From Amoebidium appalachense (Eukaryota; Protista; Ichthyosporea): 64,000 nt of DNA. The stretch lies in NCBI GenBank assembly GCA_963693365.1, contig CAVNZM010000008.1:62001-126000 (forward strand). Direction: 5' to 3'. Under the pieces are notes generated by a model that saw only the letters and a program-made list of their open reading frames with translations, did not search any database and was not told where the DNA came from. Shown here piece after piece: positions 13,094-26,393 of the stretch. How positions within the stretch are numbered: position 1 is the stretch's first letter; each line of letters begins with the position of its first letter. Position numbers and translations under genes: made by a program.

Positions 13094-13706
13094 CACTGTG
13101 TGTGTTTGTGCATGTGCTTGTGTTTGTGTCTGTGCGTGTATGTGTGTGTGTGTGCGCGCGTGTGTGCGTGTGTGTGTTTGTGCATGTGCTTGTGTTTGTG
13201 TCTGTGCGTGCATGTGTGTGTGTGTGTGTGTGTGTCCGTGTGTGTGTACAAGTATGTGTGTGCGCGCGCACGCTTCAGACGAAAAAGAAACGGAACAAGC
13301 ATACAAGAATTACAGACATCAAGAGTTAAAGCCATGTGAGTACACAGCCTGAGCCTGCAAATACATACATACACATGGTGCACACCCCCCCCCCCTGGCC
13401 CTCTCCCCCCTCCCGTTCCCCGGTGTGGGCGGGCGGGCAGGCAGGCTGGGGGCGGGGGGAGGGGGGGGGCGGAGGGGGCCGTGGGGGGTGGGGATGAGAG
13501 CAAATTTTTGCACTGGAGGCTAGTGTAAATATTGAAGCATGGTATCAATGGTTTTTTCACTGGATGTTTTCGTGCTCATTGGTCATGTTAGCATTCAAAT
13601 GTGAATAACACGTTTCTATTAGTTGTTTTTGTTGAGTTTTTAGCATTTTTTTGGGCAGCCAAAGAAAGTCAGCTTTATGTCTCCCTTTACCCCCCGGTAC
13701 TGCGCG

Positions 13707-13742
<36 letters not shown>

Positions 13743-14104
13743 TTAATGCAAGTGCAAGCTGGAGCCTGTACAGCATTAGTGACTATACTCAGTACAGAGC
13801 CGAAAGCCTACAGAGAAACACATAACCACCTAAACAGGGCAAAGGTTATTCAGAAAAACAAAACAGAGAGAGAACTTCATCTCGACCAAGGTTTGGTGGC
13901 CTTTTTCTATGCAGTATAGGGAGGTGGTCTAGTGCAAAAATTTCCCGGTGCAAAAATTTCCTGTGACAGGGGGGGGGGGGGGGGGGGGGGGGGAGGGGCC
14001 GGGGGTTAAGATAATAAACCCTACAGCCCAGGAACCTTTTTAAGATTCTAGACTGGCGCAAGCCCCCCCGATTTACCTATTATCTTATTGATGAACCACC
14101 CCTG
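12157..14104. mobile_element. Possible old non-autonomous TA-flanked TIR element carrying a TG satellite
   Basis: TA|CAAGGGTGGTTTGTAAATAAG at the left versus TA|CAGGGGTGGTTCATCAATAAG (reverse complement) at the right; 17/21 match. Confidence 0.4.
12368..13262. repeat. Compound (TG)n satellite with recurring interruptions (GACACT, TTTGTGCAT, CTGTGCGT)
   Basis: Read directly; higher-order unit of roughly 70-120 bp with variable TG length. Confidence 0.95.
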
Positions 14105-14332
14105 TATGTGTTTGCCCGCGGAATGATTGGGAATGCATTCAAGGGTGCCCGTTGCAAACGGGGTGCTTGCGTATGCGGTTGTGAATTTGGCAAGTGTGTT
14201 TGTGTGGTACTGAGTGTAATACTGCAATCGTACGCCAAGTTTGTGTTGGCCAGTGACTATTTCAAATTCCGATGCATGGACCGATGAACTGAAGGGCTAG
14301 TGAAGGAACTGAAATGATCATCACTAGCCCCT

Positions 14333-14379
<47 letters not shown>

Positions 14380-14382
14380 CCC

Positions 14383-14414
<32 letters not shown>

Positions 14415-14744
14415 AAAAAAAAAATACCAACCAACCAACCAACCGGGGGCGTGTGCAGAGAAAAAAAAAAACAAAGAAAGAAAAAACTTCCGGCTCTCAC
14501 TCCAGCCTCCAGATCCGAGCAAATCTCAGATATTGTTTTGTTTCAACCCATGGTACCACCACGGTACACACACTGCAGCACAGGCACGTGTACACACCGG
14601 CCACAAAGTTCAACTCCGGTGATCCCGAACTCAACAATCGTAAGACCAAAGAGGGCCTCTGACAGCACCTAATCTCCATAAAGAATTTGAAGTCGCTGCC
14701 CACTCCTTCCCCCCCCCCCCTCCTCCCCCCCCCCCCTCCCCCTC

Positions 14745-14817
<73 letters not shown>

Positions 14818-14997
14818 AAACTTCCTACCTCATTACCCAGCCTACTCCGGCACTCACATGGTCAGCTATTCTCATCGAGAATGATGTTGCAAGCATCCCC
14901 ACTGTGAACACCAACCCAGTGATGTGCACACCACGTGCACACCTAGATCAAAGTTTGGAAAGTCTAAACGTATTCAATTGAATCTGGCACTCCCTCC

Positions 14998-15228
<231 letters not shown>

Positions 15229-15556
15229 ACCACTGAGGCCCTGGTACGTAAACACATGACGACTTTACACCAATCAGTGGTGGAGCATGGTAGTTACGTG
15301 AATAGCAAGAGGTTTGCCAATGATCTGTGGTATATTTGCCAAACTTTGTTTTCTCTCTCTGTCTACCTCGTTGTGCTACAGTAATTGGCATCTACATTTC
15401 TCTGAGACCCTCCCTCTTCCTCCTTGTGCTTATGCTCTCTCCGTTTGCGCATTCTAAATAGAGACTTCCGCTTTCTCTCTCCCCCCTCCCCCCCCCCCCC
15501 CCCCCCTCTCTCTCACTTTCTCTCTGCCTGCCTCTCTCTCTCTCTCCCTCCCCCCC

Positions 15557-15598
<42 letters not shown>

Positions 15599-16100
15599 TG
15601 AGTCCCCCGAGTTAGTGTGCAGAGATGTCCGTAGATCTGCGTAAGGCTGGCGACCTAGCTTGAGACAGTGCCAGTCTCTTTTTTACCTCTCTGTTTTACT
15701 GTGAGTGAAGCTGTTGGTTACTGTGGCTAGCTTCAGGCTCGGTTTTTACAATTCATAAAAGTGCTCTGATTGGCTTTAAATGTGTCGTTTCAATCAATCA
15801 CCTGAGTATACATAGTACATGCCACACCATCATGCATATGAGTATCGACTATGAGATACTCTGCATTTAGAGAGGTTTCTTTATAAATGTGGATTGCTTG
15901 ATGCGATGATGCATGGTTGCGAACAAATAGACCGCAGGGGGCGAATAAAATTTCAGTGGTATCAGAATCGAGTGTTATAAAGACCGCATAGGCCAGCCAA
16001 CTCCCACTTATCGGGATTTTTTGCAATCTTGATGCAGGCCTGGCCATTCGCCCTCGTGCAGAATAAACTTTTTGAATCCGAAGTGCCTTTGTAGATTCCC

Positions 16101-16160
<60 letters not shown>

Positions 16161-16391
16161 ACACCGTTTATTGCGGATTTAAAGTTGTAATTTAACAGCT
16201 TCGAATTGCGAATTCGGCCGTTAAATTTTCTTTCTTATCCTTCCAAGTCCCATTTCATCCCCTATCCAGTTACTGATTCTGCTTAGTTGCTATGTATGCA
16301 TGAATGATTGTCAGCCTCACAGTGCCTACCCCCCCCCCCCCCCCCACCCATTCTCCCCATGTACCACACGCCCACCCGCGCACCCACCCGT

Positions 16392-16593
16392 TTCCAAGGT
16401 TTCCTCTCCCGGCCACAGGTTGCCTCACATCAGCACACACACCTCCCAATTAAACATATGATGACTGGGGTTTGCCAGGTCCTTCAGACCTTGCAGGCTC
16501 CTTTCGTCCAGTGGTGGTGAGGCACCATCCCAGAGGCGACGAGGTGTGTACTGACGCGAGGCAAGCCTGTGGCCGGGAGGGGAAACCTTGGAA
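16392..16593. mobile_element. Foldback/MITE-like element with ~53-bp imperfect inverted arms
   Basis: TTCCAAGGTTTCCTCTCCCGGCCACAGGTTGCCTCACATCAGCACAC.. (16392-16445) pairs with ..GTGTACTGACGCGAGGCAAGCCTGTGGCCGGGAGGGGAAACCTTGGAA (16541-16593). Confidence 0.7.
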
Positions 16594-17803
16594 TCTACGT
16601 CCTGGACGAAAACCGTTCCTTTGGGTGGCAATCGTACACCTCGTGCAACTAGAATACAAGATTAAAAGCACTTTGGCAAGATAAATACGAGGTCAAAATG
16701 ACTGTGTCCCGTTATGCACCCGGGATGGTGGGTGTGGAGAACAAAGAAAGACAAGAGCGAGAGAAGCTACTTATTATCGAAGTAAATTGCTTTGGAGGAC
16801 GACATTAGGGGGTATAATCTTTCTCACATGCTCTCCCTTTCATGTGTACAGACTCTTCAATTGCATGAAAGTAACATGACCCGGGACTCAGGGGTGGGCA
16901 CAGGGCTGTGGAGGGGGGGGAAGCAGGGAGGGGGAGGGAGAGAGGGAGGGACCGGGGGGGGGGGGGGGGGGGGACTCTAACTATTGTTGCAAATCCAAGG
17001 CTTAGCCTATGTTACCACTTTATTCTTACCTTGCATTATACCCGCAGGGGCACAGCTTTTGTGGATGGCACCATCTCCGTGCTGTACTTAGTGTTTACTA
17101 CTAGTAGCAGTTCGGATCGTCGAACCTCGGCTTTATTAGAATCGATCGGATCTAATATACTAGTAGCAGCACATAAGATTATGGGTTATGGGACTGTGTA
17201 GCTAGAAAGTGATGGTTTTAGAGGCGCTGGGTATCGTAGACATCATGTGTTAGCTTGTGTTACATTTTATGTTTCTGCCGTGGCCGCTAGGGTTCGGCAT
17301 GTGTAGCCTCAGTTTTTTTTGTTGTAGCAATACTTTGTGACTTTGTGTGCTGGGGCCGGGATGTATCTACCTCCAGCGCTTTGTATTCGACTCTTAATAA
17401 TTTTACATTCACTGTAATGCGAATAATATAATACCTGACATCACGATAATGATAGCTGAGAACAAACATCGTCAAGCACAATATCATCTGCGATGTGTGT
17501 TACCGACGTGTCTTACTGATGATTCAGTGTGTCTTTTCTTTGCGAGGCACCTCCTCCTTTCTTTGTTCTCGGAATGCTTTTTTTCCTCCCCTCCCTCCTT
17601 TGTGCTCACTTAACGTCTCCTTCCTCCTCTCTCATAATATTATTTGTGCTAGGATGTCAAGTTTCTTTTGCTTCAAAGGCCCAATTTCTCGTCTTTTTGA
17701 TTTATTATCTGTGTACATATCTGGTCTTTCCTTGTGACCCATTTCAGTGAGCGTGTGCTCCTGGACCAGGACCTGCTGCCTTTAATTTTTTCTTTTTTAT
17801 AGC

Positions 17804-17888
<85 letters not shown>

Positions 17889-17903
17889 AACGGTTTTTTT
17901 TTT

Positions 17904-17950
<47 letters not shown>

Positions 17951-18187
17951 AAGATTCCCTGACTCATGGTACCAGTGTCAGTGCAAAAAATCCCTGGTGC
18001 AAAAATTCCTTGTGACACCCCCTCCCCCCTCCCCCCTCCCCCCTTCCCCCCCCCCCCCCCCCCCCCCCCCCCTCCCCCCGCCCCCCCCTTGTCGAACAGG
18101 ATAGCCATCCGGTATGCCCTGCGTTAGCGTAGCACTAGTGATCGGGAATATTCGAGATATTCGGGATAAACTGGTGGATAGGTTCAC

Positions 18188-21100
18188 TGTTAAATTGTAT
18201 AAGTATTTGGGATGTAAGCAGAGACACAGTGGTGCAGTGTGAAAACACCACAGACACACACAACAACAAAACACGGAACGATCGGAGCAGTGTACACAAC
18301 AGACATCAATGTTTAGACACGACTGAACTGAATTTATTCTGATCTTCGAATAAATACCTGAAATTCCTCTAAGTCCAATCCATACATGATTTCCGACCAG
18401 TCGGAAATCAGATCCATCTCTAATAGAAACCAATCACTAAGAACCAATTGCTTTCAGAGAGATCCGGTACGCGGAGGCGTACACGATAGGACACAGACAC
18501 TAGTTAAGATCAACTCGTGTCATCATCAAGGAAGTTCTAACCTATGACATACTGCAAAGACTCAGACATATCACACTTAACCTTGATGATTGGTTAAAGC
18601 CCGGCAACACATGAAAACTAAAGTGAATTAATGAAGTCTAAACACACATGCTATTCTAAGTGTAGCCTAAGTGTGTTACCGTCCAATGAACACGTATTAA
18701 GTAACACAAATCTACCTAACATATATTAGTAGAAAAGAAATACGATTATACACATGAAGACAAGGAGAGAAAGAAAAGAAAATAAGGAAGGAGAAAGAGG
18801 AAGGAAAAGAGAGCACAGATCAACAAACAAGATAGTAATAGCATAACTATAACCAGAGATATTTATGTACACACGAACATGTACACGTCTCTCCCTGAGT
18901 GGGTGGATCCGTGTACACACATATAAATATTCTAATCGATATTACAATACACGATTAAAGCCGATACAACACGATTACAAGTATACAAGCATATCGGAGA
19001 TCGATGCTACACTTTACATAATAGGAGTGTGGCATTTACACTAAGCATATGAACTGAAACATAACACAAACTGAGAAGATCTTACCATATGTAAATACTA
19101 CGTATTACAACATCCCCACTTAAGACTTTGAAGTTTGTGTTATCATATCCCCACTGAACTAGTGAAATCTCCCCACTTGAGAACAGAAACGAAAAAAAAA
19201 AATTAAAGTGTGTACTTTTCCGGGGGGGGGGGGGGGGGGGGGGGGGAAAGGGGGGGGGGGAGAAGGGGGGGGAGGGGGGGGGGGGGGGGGGGGGCAACAA
19301 CAGCAAAGGAAGAAAACAACCAAGGAAAAAAAAAAATATGCAGGTGAAGGCATAATATATATATTAACGGGAGCCAGCCGTGGAAACATTAACCTATGTG
19401 TTGTGACTCAGTGGGACTGGGAGTCGGCCAGTATTCGCAAAGGTGGCTAGCCTCAGGTGTATATGTGTTGTGCTAATCGATGAACCCTTAAAGTGGGCAA
19501 ACCCCACTTAAGGCAAAAAAAAAAAAAATACATATACAGAATCGTAGTAGTAGACGTTCCAACTGGGAAGCAGTGTAGAGGAAGCTGCTGTCCAGGGCCC
19601 CAGGTGTAGTAGAAGACCACACGATGATCACTGCACAAGGTCGGGCACACAGAGTCGATCACGGTGAGTGACATGGCTGGGACCCGGCAGTGACTTGGTA
19701 AGGATGTCAGCCAAGTTGTTGGCAGACTCGACATAGTTGACGACAACATCCCCACTCAGGCTGGGGGGGGGGAGGATAGGGGATGGGGGGTATCGAGGAC
19801 GCAAACGGTAGACAGGACAACGGGGGTCACGGCATTTGGATGCAGTGTGTCGAGGGTAGCCACACGTGGTAGGGCGACCGGTGGAGGGATTGATGACCAA
19901 GGAGGAGTAGACTTGTCGTAGTTTGGAATTCGCTGAGGGGGGCGTCGAGGGTGCTTGCTGCTCGGGGTGACTGGGAAAGGCCGAACAGGGAGGGGGGTAG
20001 GTCTTCACGGAATTTGGGTTGGGATGAGGCACGACGGAGGCAGGGTCAAGTGCAGGTAATTCCGGACGGAGGAGGTTAACTGGGGCGGATGCAGGGGCTT
20101 TGGAAACGGGGGAAGGCAGCACAGCAAGCTGGCTGGAAACGTGGATGGGAACGACTGGACCTGGCAGCATGTCTTGCTGGCCGGGGTCGGGTGGTAATGG
20201 GGGGAAACAGCTGCAGGGGTAACTGTTGCCCGTGCAGAGCTGGTGGTAGCTGGGATCTCGACGAGGTTGGCCACGTGATGGGGGGAAACTGCTGCCGGAA
20301 TGCAGGGCAGATCAATGGAATGTGAGGGGGCCATTGACAGTGACGGCACGGTAAGGGGAGACATGGCCGAAAACAGGGTTGGAAATCCTGGAAGGAAGCA
20401 GGTTGGACACGGTAAACGGTTCTGGAGGGACTCAGGGTCGGGACTCCTAGGGAGGAGGGAAGCACAAAGGGCTTGGACGGGGTGGAACACGGTAGACTGG
20501 AAAGAAGTACCGAATTTGGATACTTCAGATGGACTTGATGGATGATGGTCAAGTCGGATCGAGACGGGGTGTCAAATTATCGTCGATTGGAACGCAGACG
20601 GGGTGTGAAATTATATTCGAATGCGGGTCGACGGGGTTCGAAATCGGATGGAATGGGATTTCGATGCAGGATCCTCAGGCCTGGGTAGACAGGGCGGCGC
20701 GGTTGAGACCACGTCGGTGAAGTGTCAAGGAACTTGGAGCGCGATTGCAGAACCAAGGGTGGAGGACGGTTTGGCGTGACGGAGAGAAACCAGGACGGAG
20801 CTGGAAGGAGTGCAAGCTGGAATTTGAACTTGCGAGGATGTCACGGGTGTCAAGGCGTGGCAAAAGCTCTTGTCAAGATGAGTCAGATCTTGTCAAGAGG
20901 AGTCACGTGGGACCGGTTACGGACGGACGCCGGGGATGGATCTACACAGCCTCAGCACCAAGATGCATGAGGAGCTGACCACAGCTATGATGTGTACCAG
21001 GAATTTAACGATCGCTAGGTCTAGGTGTGTGTAGGGAGCGTGCATCTGGGCCCATAACCTGTTAAATTGTATAAGTATTTGGGATGTAAGCAGAGACACA

Positions 21101-21981
21101 GTGGTGCAGTGTGAAAACACCACAGACACACACAACAAAACACGGAACGATCGGAGCAGTGTACACAACAGACATCAATGTTTAGACACGACTGAACTGA
21201 ATTTATTCTGATCTTCGAATAAATACCTGAAATTCCTCTAAGTCCAATCCATACATGATTTCCGACCAGTCGGAAATCAGATCCATCTCTAATAGAAACC
21301 AATCACTAAGAAGCAATTGCTTTCAGAGAGATCCGGTACGCGGAGGCGTACACGATAGGACACAGACACTAGTTAAGATCAACTCGTGTCATCATCAAGG
21401 AAGTTCTAACCTATGACATACTGCAAAGACTCAGACATATCACACTTAACCTTGATGATTGGTTAAAGCCCGGCAACACATGAAAACTAAAGTGAATTAA
21501 TGAAGTCTAAACACACATGCTATTCTAAGTGTAGCCTAAGTGTGTTACCGTCCAATGAACACGTATTAAGTAACACAAATCTACCTAACATATATTAGTA
21601 GAAAAGAAATACGATTATACACATGAAGACAAGGAGAGAAAGAAAAGAAAATAAGGAAGGAGAAAGAGGAAGGAAAAGAGAGCACAGATCAACAAACAAG
21701 ATAGTAATAGCATAACTATAACCAGAGATATTTATGTACACACTAACATGTACACGTCTCTCCCTGAGTGGGTGGATCCGTGTACACACATATAAATATT
21801 CTAATCGATATTACAATACACGATTAAAGCCGATACAACACGATTACAAGTATACAAGCATATCGGAGATCGATGCTACACTTTACATAATAGGAGTGTG
21901 GCATTTACACTAAGCATATGAACTGAAACATAACACAAACTGAGAAGATCTTACCATATGTAAATACTACGTATTACAACA
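18188..21981 (-). mobile_element. Non-autonomous copia-type LTR element (element B) nested in the 5' LTR of element A
   Basis: Near-identical LTRs at 18188-19112 and 21060-21981 (TG..CA); TSD TTCAC at 18183-18187 and 21982-21986. Minus-strand PBS GGTTATGGGCCCAG (21046-21059) and PPT TAAGTGGGGA adjoining 19112. The 1.95-kb interior lacks PR/IN/RT. Confidence 0.93.
19628..20170 (-). pseudogene. Pro-rich gag-like remnant with degenerate zinc knuckle, fused to a copia RNase H C-terminal tail
   Basis: PTTCGYPRHTASKC (CCHC spacing, first Cys lost), followed in frame by SGDVVVNYVESANNLADILTKSL, the copia ADxxTK motif. Confidence 0.7.
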
Positions 21982-22241
21982 TTCACGATAGATCAGGATA
22001 GATCTAGAAGAGTCTAGAAAATTCTATTGGAGTGCTTTGATTGGTAGCGACTAGATCCATAGCGGCGGGTAGACCAATCGGGAATAGTATGTAACATTCC
22101 AGTGAGCCAGACCACAAGTATATAAAGGTCCCGGCGGGCCAGTCAATGCAAGTCAGCAAATAATAAAGTCTCACAGAGAAACCTCTAAGTTACGGTTACG
22201 GACCCAGTACAACGCTACGATCAAGCGACTGTTGAGACAAG

Positions 22242-25200
22242 ATGGGAAGAGCAAAATGTCCAGTTCCCATGTATGAAGGAGAAGGCAAGGGCAAAATCTC
22301 CTACTCAATGTGGGCCATGCGCATGAAGTGCTTCCTCGAGGGCGAGGAATTATGGTACACGATTGAAGACGTGGCTCCTGAAGTGATAGGAGAGGACGGC
22401 GAACCGGTGGAGCAACCTCCGGTGGAGATCGACCCCTTGGATCAGAAGAAGGCGACTTCCTACCTGGTGGAGACACTAGGTGATGTACCTGCAAGCCTGT
22501 GTCGGCGAGCTATTGCCGTAGGAAATCCCAAGGACATATGGGATACGGTAGCATCATACGCTGCGCGCAACACAGATGAGCACAAGAGAATGTTGATTCA
22601 ACAGTTCTGGCGTGCTGATATGATGCCGACGGAAAGCGTGCTGGAGTATGCGGCCCGCCTGGAGTGCATTGTGCAGGATCTTCTTCATATCGATCCCAAT
22701 GGAGTTAGTGAGGACATGGTTGCCGAGAAATTCCTGGACGGTGTAGGCGCTGACGACCGATTCCGCACCGACGTTAGGACCATTCAAGCTTTACCAGCAG
22801 CTGAGAAGACAATGGAAAAGATAATCGCCAAGCTGCGTGGTTTTGAGGAGAACGAGGCTGCAAGGGAACAGCAGCGGGTGATGATGACCAGCACCCAAGG
22901 GCGCGGCGGTACGCCACGACAGGACACCGGCAAGCCGCGCGTGACTGACATATCCAAGGTGGAGTGTTACAAATGTCACAAGTTTGGGCACTACAAGTCA
23001 CAGTGTCCAAAGAAGAAGAAGGGCGGCAATCGCGGCGACAAGGCGAAGCAGAACGGAGCTTCCAAGGAGATACTCGCCATGGCGGTAAACAGCGGACTCC
23101 CTTCTTCAACTGAGTGGTATTGGGACTGCGGCGCAACCTCCCATGTCACATGCCGAAAGGACTGGATGGAAGACTTCCGGTCGATCACACCCAAACCCGT
23201 CGCTCTGGGTAACACCCCGGGTGTGATGGCGCTAGGAATAGGCGTCGTAAGATTAACAAGTGAGTTCCAGGGCAACAGCATGACATTTAGACTGCAGAAT
23301 GTGCTGTACGTGCCAGCATTTGGAACTAACGTGATGTCGGCTTCAAGCGCCGGCAAGCACGGGTTAAGAGGCATCACCGACGGTCGACAGTGTACGATTG
23401 AGAGTGCCACAGATGGCCAAGTTGTGGCCCGTGGGGTAGTGGAGGGAGGCCTGTATCGTCTCCTAGTGAAACCCGTATGTGAGAGCGTGAACATGGTGAC
23501 CACTGCAGTCGGCAGCAGTGGGGGTAACACCGTGTGTGAGCCGGTAAAGGGCAGCGCCAGTTTATGGCACCGGCGGTTTGGTCATCCAGTGGCAACAAAC
23601 ACGCTACAGAAAATGGCTAAAGAAAACATTGTCGAGGGTCTGTGCATCGACTGCAAACCCCAGGTTGACGGTGTGTGCGAGGGATGCGCGAGAGGGAAGC
23701 AAGCCCGGCTCTCTTTCAGTAAGCTACCCCGCAAGACAGCGCCAGCGAAGCTCGACAGAGTTCATTCTGATGTGGCAGGACCGTTCAACAAGGAGTCGCT
23801 GCAAGGTTCCAAATATTATGTCACAGTCACCTTCATCGACGACAAGACAAGGTTCACTACGGTGTACTTCATGAAACATAAATCCCAAGTGCATACTTAC
23901 TTCAAGAAGTACAAGGCACACGTAGAGAAGCAACACGGTGCCAGCATCAAGATTCTGCGTTCCGACAACGGGGGTGAGTACACCTCCACTGAGTTCAAGT
24001 CGTTCCTGGAAGCGTGCGGCATTGAACATGAGGCGACAGTCCCTTACACACCAGAGCAGAATGGTGTAGCAGAGAGGGCTAACAGGACCATTGTCGAGAC
24101 GGCGCGCTGCATGCTGCAGTCAGCAGGCATGAGTATGGGGTTCTGGCAGCTGGCAGTACAGGCAGCTGTGTACATCAAGAACCTGACGCCAACCACAGTA
24201 CTGGGTGGCATGACACCTTGGGAGGCATGGTATGGAGAGAAGCCCGATGTTAGCCATCTACGTGTATTTGGTAGCAAGGCATTTGTCCATGTGCCGAAGG
24301 ACGAGCGCAGGAAGCTAGACGCCAAGAGTCGGGAGTGTAAATTCGTCGGCTACACAGGTGACAGCAAGACGTACTTGTTGTGGGACACCGAGGCGCGCAA
24401 GACTATCGTCGGGCGAGATGTGGTGATCGATGAATCATGCACCCCAAAGGCCGGTATTCCGGTGATGCAAGATGAGCCAATGGAATTGCTGATGCATAAG
24501 CCAATCGGAAATCAGCAGAGCTTGGAATCGAGGGATCCAATCAGCGCCAAGAAGCAACATTCCTTTCGGAAGCCTACAATCGGCACTGACAGTGGATATG
24601 ATTCAGATGCTATCGGCGACGGCGCGGGCGAGGACAGCGGCGATTCGGACGCGGCAGGGTCAGGAGACGAGGAAGATAGTGCAGAGTTGCAGGTTGCAAC
24701 CAGAAGTGCCTATCCGTCCATGACTACAAGGCGCGGTGGGACCTACGGCATCAACGCAGGTGTAGTAGAGTACCGCGACAGTATCAGCATGGCAATTGAG
24801 AGTGCTGATAGCAATGAGGATGACCCTGTGACACTGGAAGAAGCAATCTCCAGGCCAGATGGTGCAAAGTGGAAGGCTGCGCTGGACGAGGAGTACGAAT
24901 CTCTAGTCAAGAATGGGACATGGTCACTGGTGCCACTCCCACCAGGTCGTCGGGCAGTTTCCTTCAAGTGGGTCTTCAAGATGAAACGCAACGCCGACGG
25001 CAGTGTCGAGCGCTACAAGGCCCGTGGCGTGGCCAGGGGCTTCTCTCAGCAAGAGGGGATAGACTACGAAGAGACCTTTGCCCCGGTAGCCAAGTTCACC
25101 AGCTTCAGACTTCTCTTCGCTATGGCAGCGGCAGAGAACATGCACCTCACACAAATAGATATCGTCACGGCGTTCCTGAACGGCGACATCAAGGAAGAGC

Positions 25201-26393
25201 TGTACATGCAGCAACCGCGTGGGTACGAGGTACCCGGAAAGGAAGACTATGTGTGTCGTTTGCACAAAAGTCTGTATGGCCTCAAGCAAGCAGCAAGGTG
25301 CTGGAATGAGAAGATGCATGAGGCTATGGTCGATCTTGGCTTCACACGTGTGGAAGCTGATCGATGTGTCTACTTCAAGGTCAACGGAAGTGGAAAGACG
25401 GTGGTGGCTGTGCATGTGGACAACATGCTAGTGGCGGCGTCGACAGATGATCTTATTCAAGAATTCGTCAGGCAGGTTGGGACGAAGTTCTCCGTCAAGG
25501 TGATCGGCGAGCCAAAGCTGCTACTCGGTGTGCAGGTCAGTCGCGACGCTGCAACAGGCGATATAAAGTTGTCACAGGAAACGTACATCAAGTCATTGAT
25601 GCGGCGCTTCAACATGGTCGACTGCAAGGCTAAGTCAACTTGAACACCGCTACCGGAGCGATGTGTGTTGAGCAAGGCCATGAGTCCGGCAAGCGAGGAG
25701 GAGAGAGTGGCGATGCGGCAAGTTCCTTATGCCAGAGCTGTGGGCTCCTTAATGTACGCAATGGTGGCCACCCGGCCAGACATTGCACAAGCAGTGGGGG
25801 AACTTAGTAAGTTCGTGAGCAACCCGGGACTTCAACACTGGGACGCAGCCAAACATCTTCTCCGGTACCTCAAGGGGACAACCAACTACGGGATTGTCTA
25901 CCGCGGAGGACGAGGAGGGAGTACAACAGTGGAGGGATTCACTGACTCCGATTACGCTGGCAACTCCGACGACCGTAAGTCGACGAGCGGATACATCTTC
26001 ACTGCCAATGGATCTGCCATCAGCTGGGGCAGCAAGCAACAGAAGACTGTGGCTACTTCATCTACAGAGGCGGAGTATATGGCTACGTGCCTGGCAGTCA
26101 AAGAGGCTAAGTGGCTACGACAGCTGCTGGGGCAGCTGGGCTACGATATGAGTGAGGCGACCATCATCTACGCCGACAACCAGGCCAGCATCAAGCTTGC
26201 AAGGAACCCGATGCTCCATAACAGGAGCAAACACATCGACGTTCAGTACCACTACACCCGTGAGTGTGTGGAGAATGGGGATGTAGAACTTGTGTATTGC
26301 AGCACGAACAGTAACGTGGCCGACATGTGCACCAAAGCTTTAGGGAGACTTAAGTTGGTGCAGCATCGGCAGGCCATCGGCATGGCTGAGTAA
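22242..26393 (+). pseudogene. Copia gag-pol polyprotein (gag CCHC, PR, IN, RT, RNase H), inactivated
   Basis: CYKCHKFGHYKSQC; WYWDCGAT; LWHRRFGH..CEGC; RVHSD, SDNGGEY, QNGVAER; YKARGVARGF, SLYGLKQA; FTDSDYAG, SKHIDVQYH, ADMCTKAL. In-frame TGA at 25641-25643, and the RT motif reads HVDN instead of (Y/H)VDD. Confidence 0.95.

Noticed and set aside
12187-13560. Long His/Thr- or Cys/Val-rich ORFs, also near 27-29 kb, 33-36 kb and 40-44 kb, and poly-Pro/Gly or Arg-Glu ORFs
   Set aside because: These are translations of (CA)n/(TG)n, poly-C/G and (GA)n repeats, which lack stop codons; there is no coding signal.
17095-17172. Helitron 3' end (hairpin plus CTAGT on the minus strand)
   Set aside because: The hairpins are weak, and there is no matching 5' TC end or second copy in the window.
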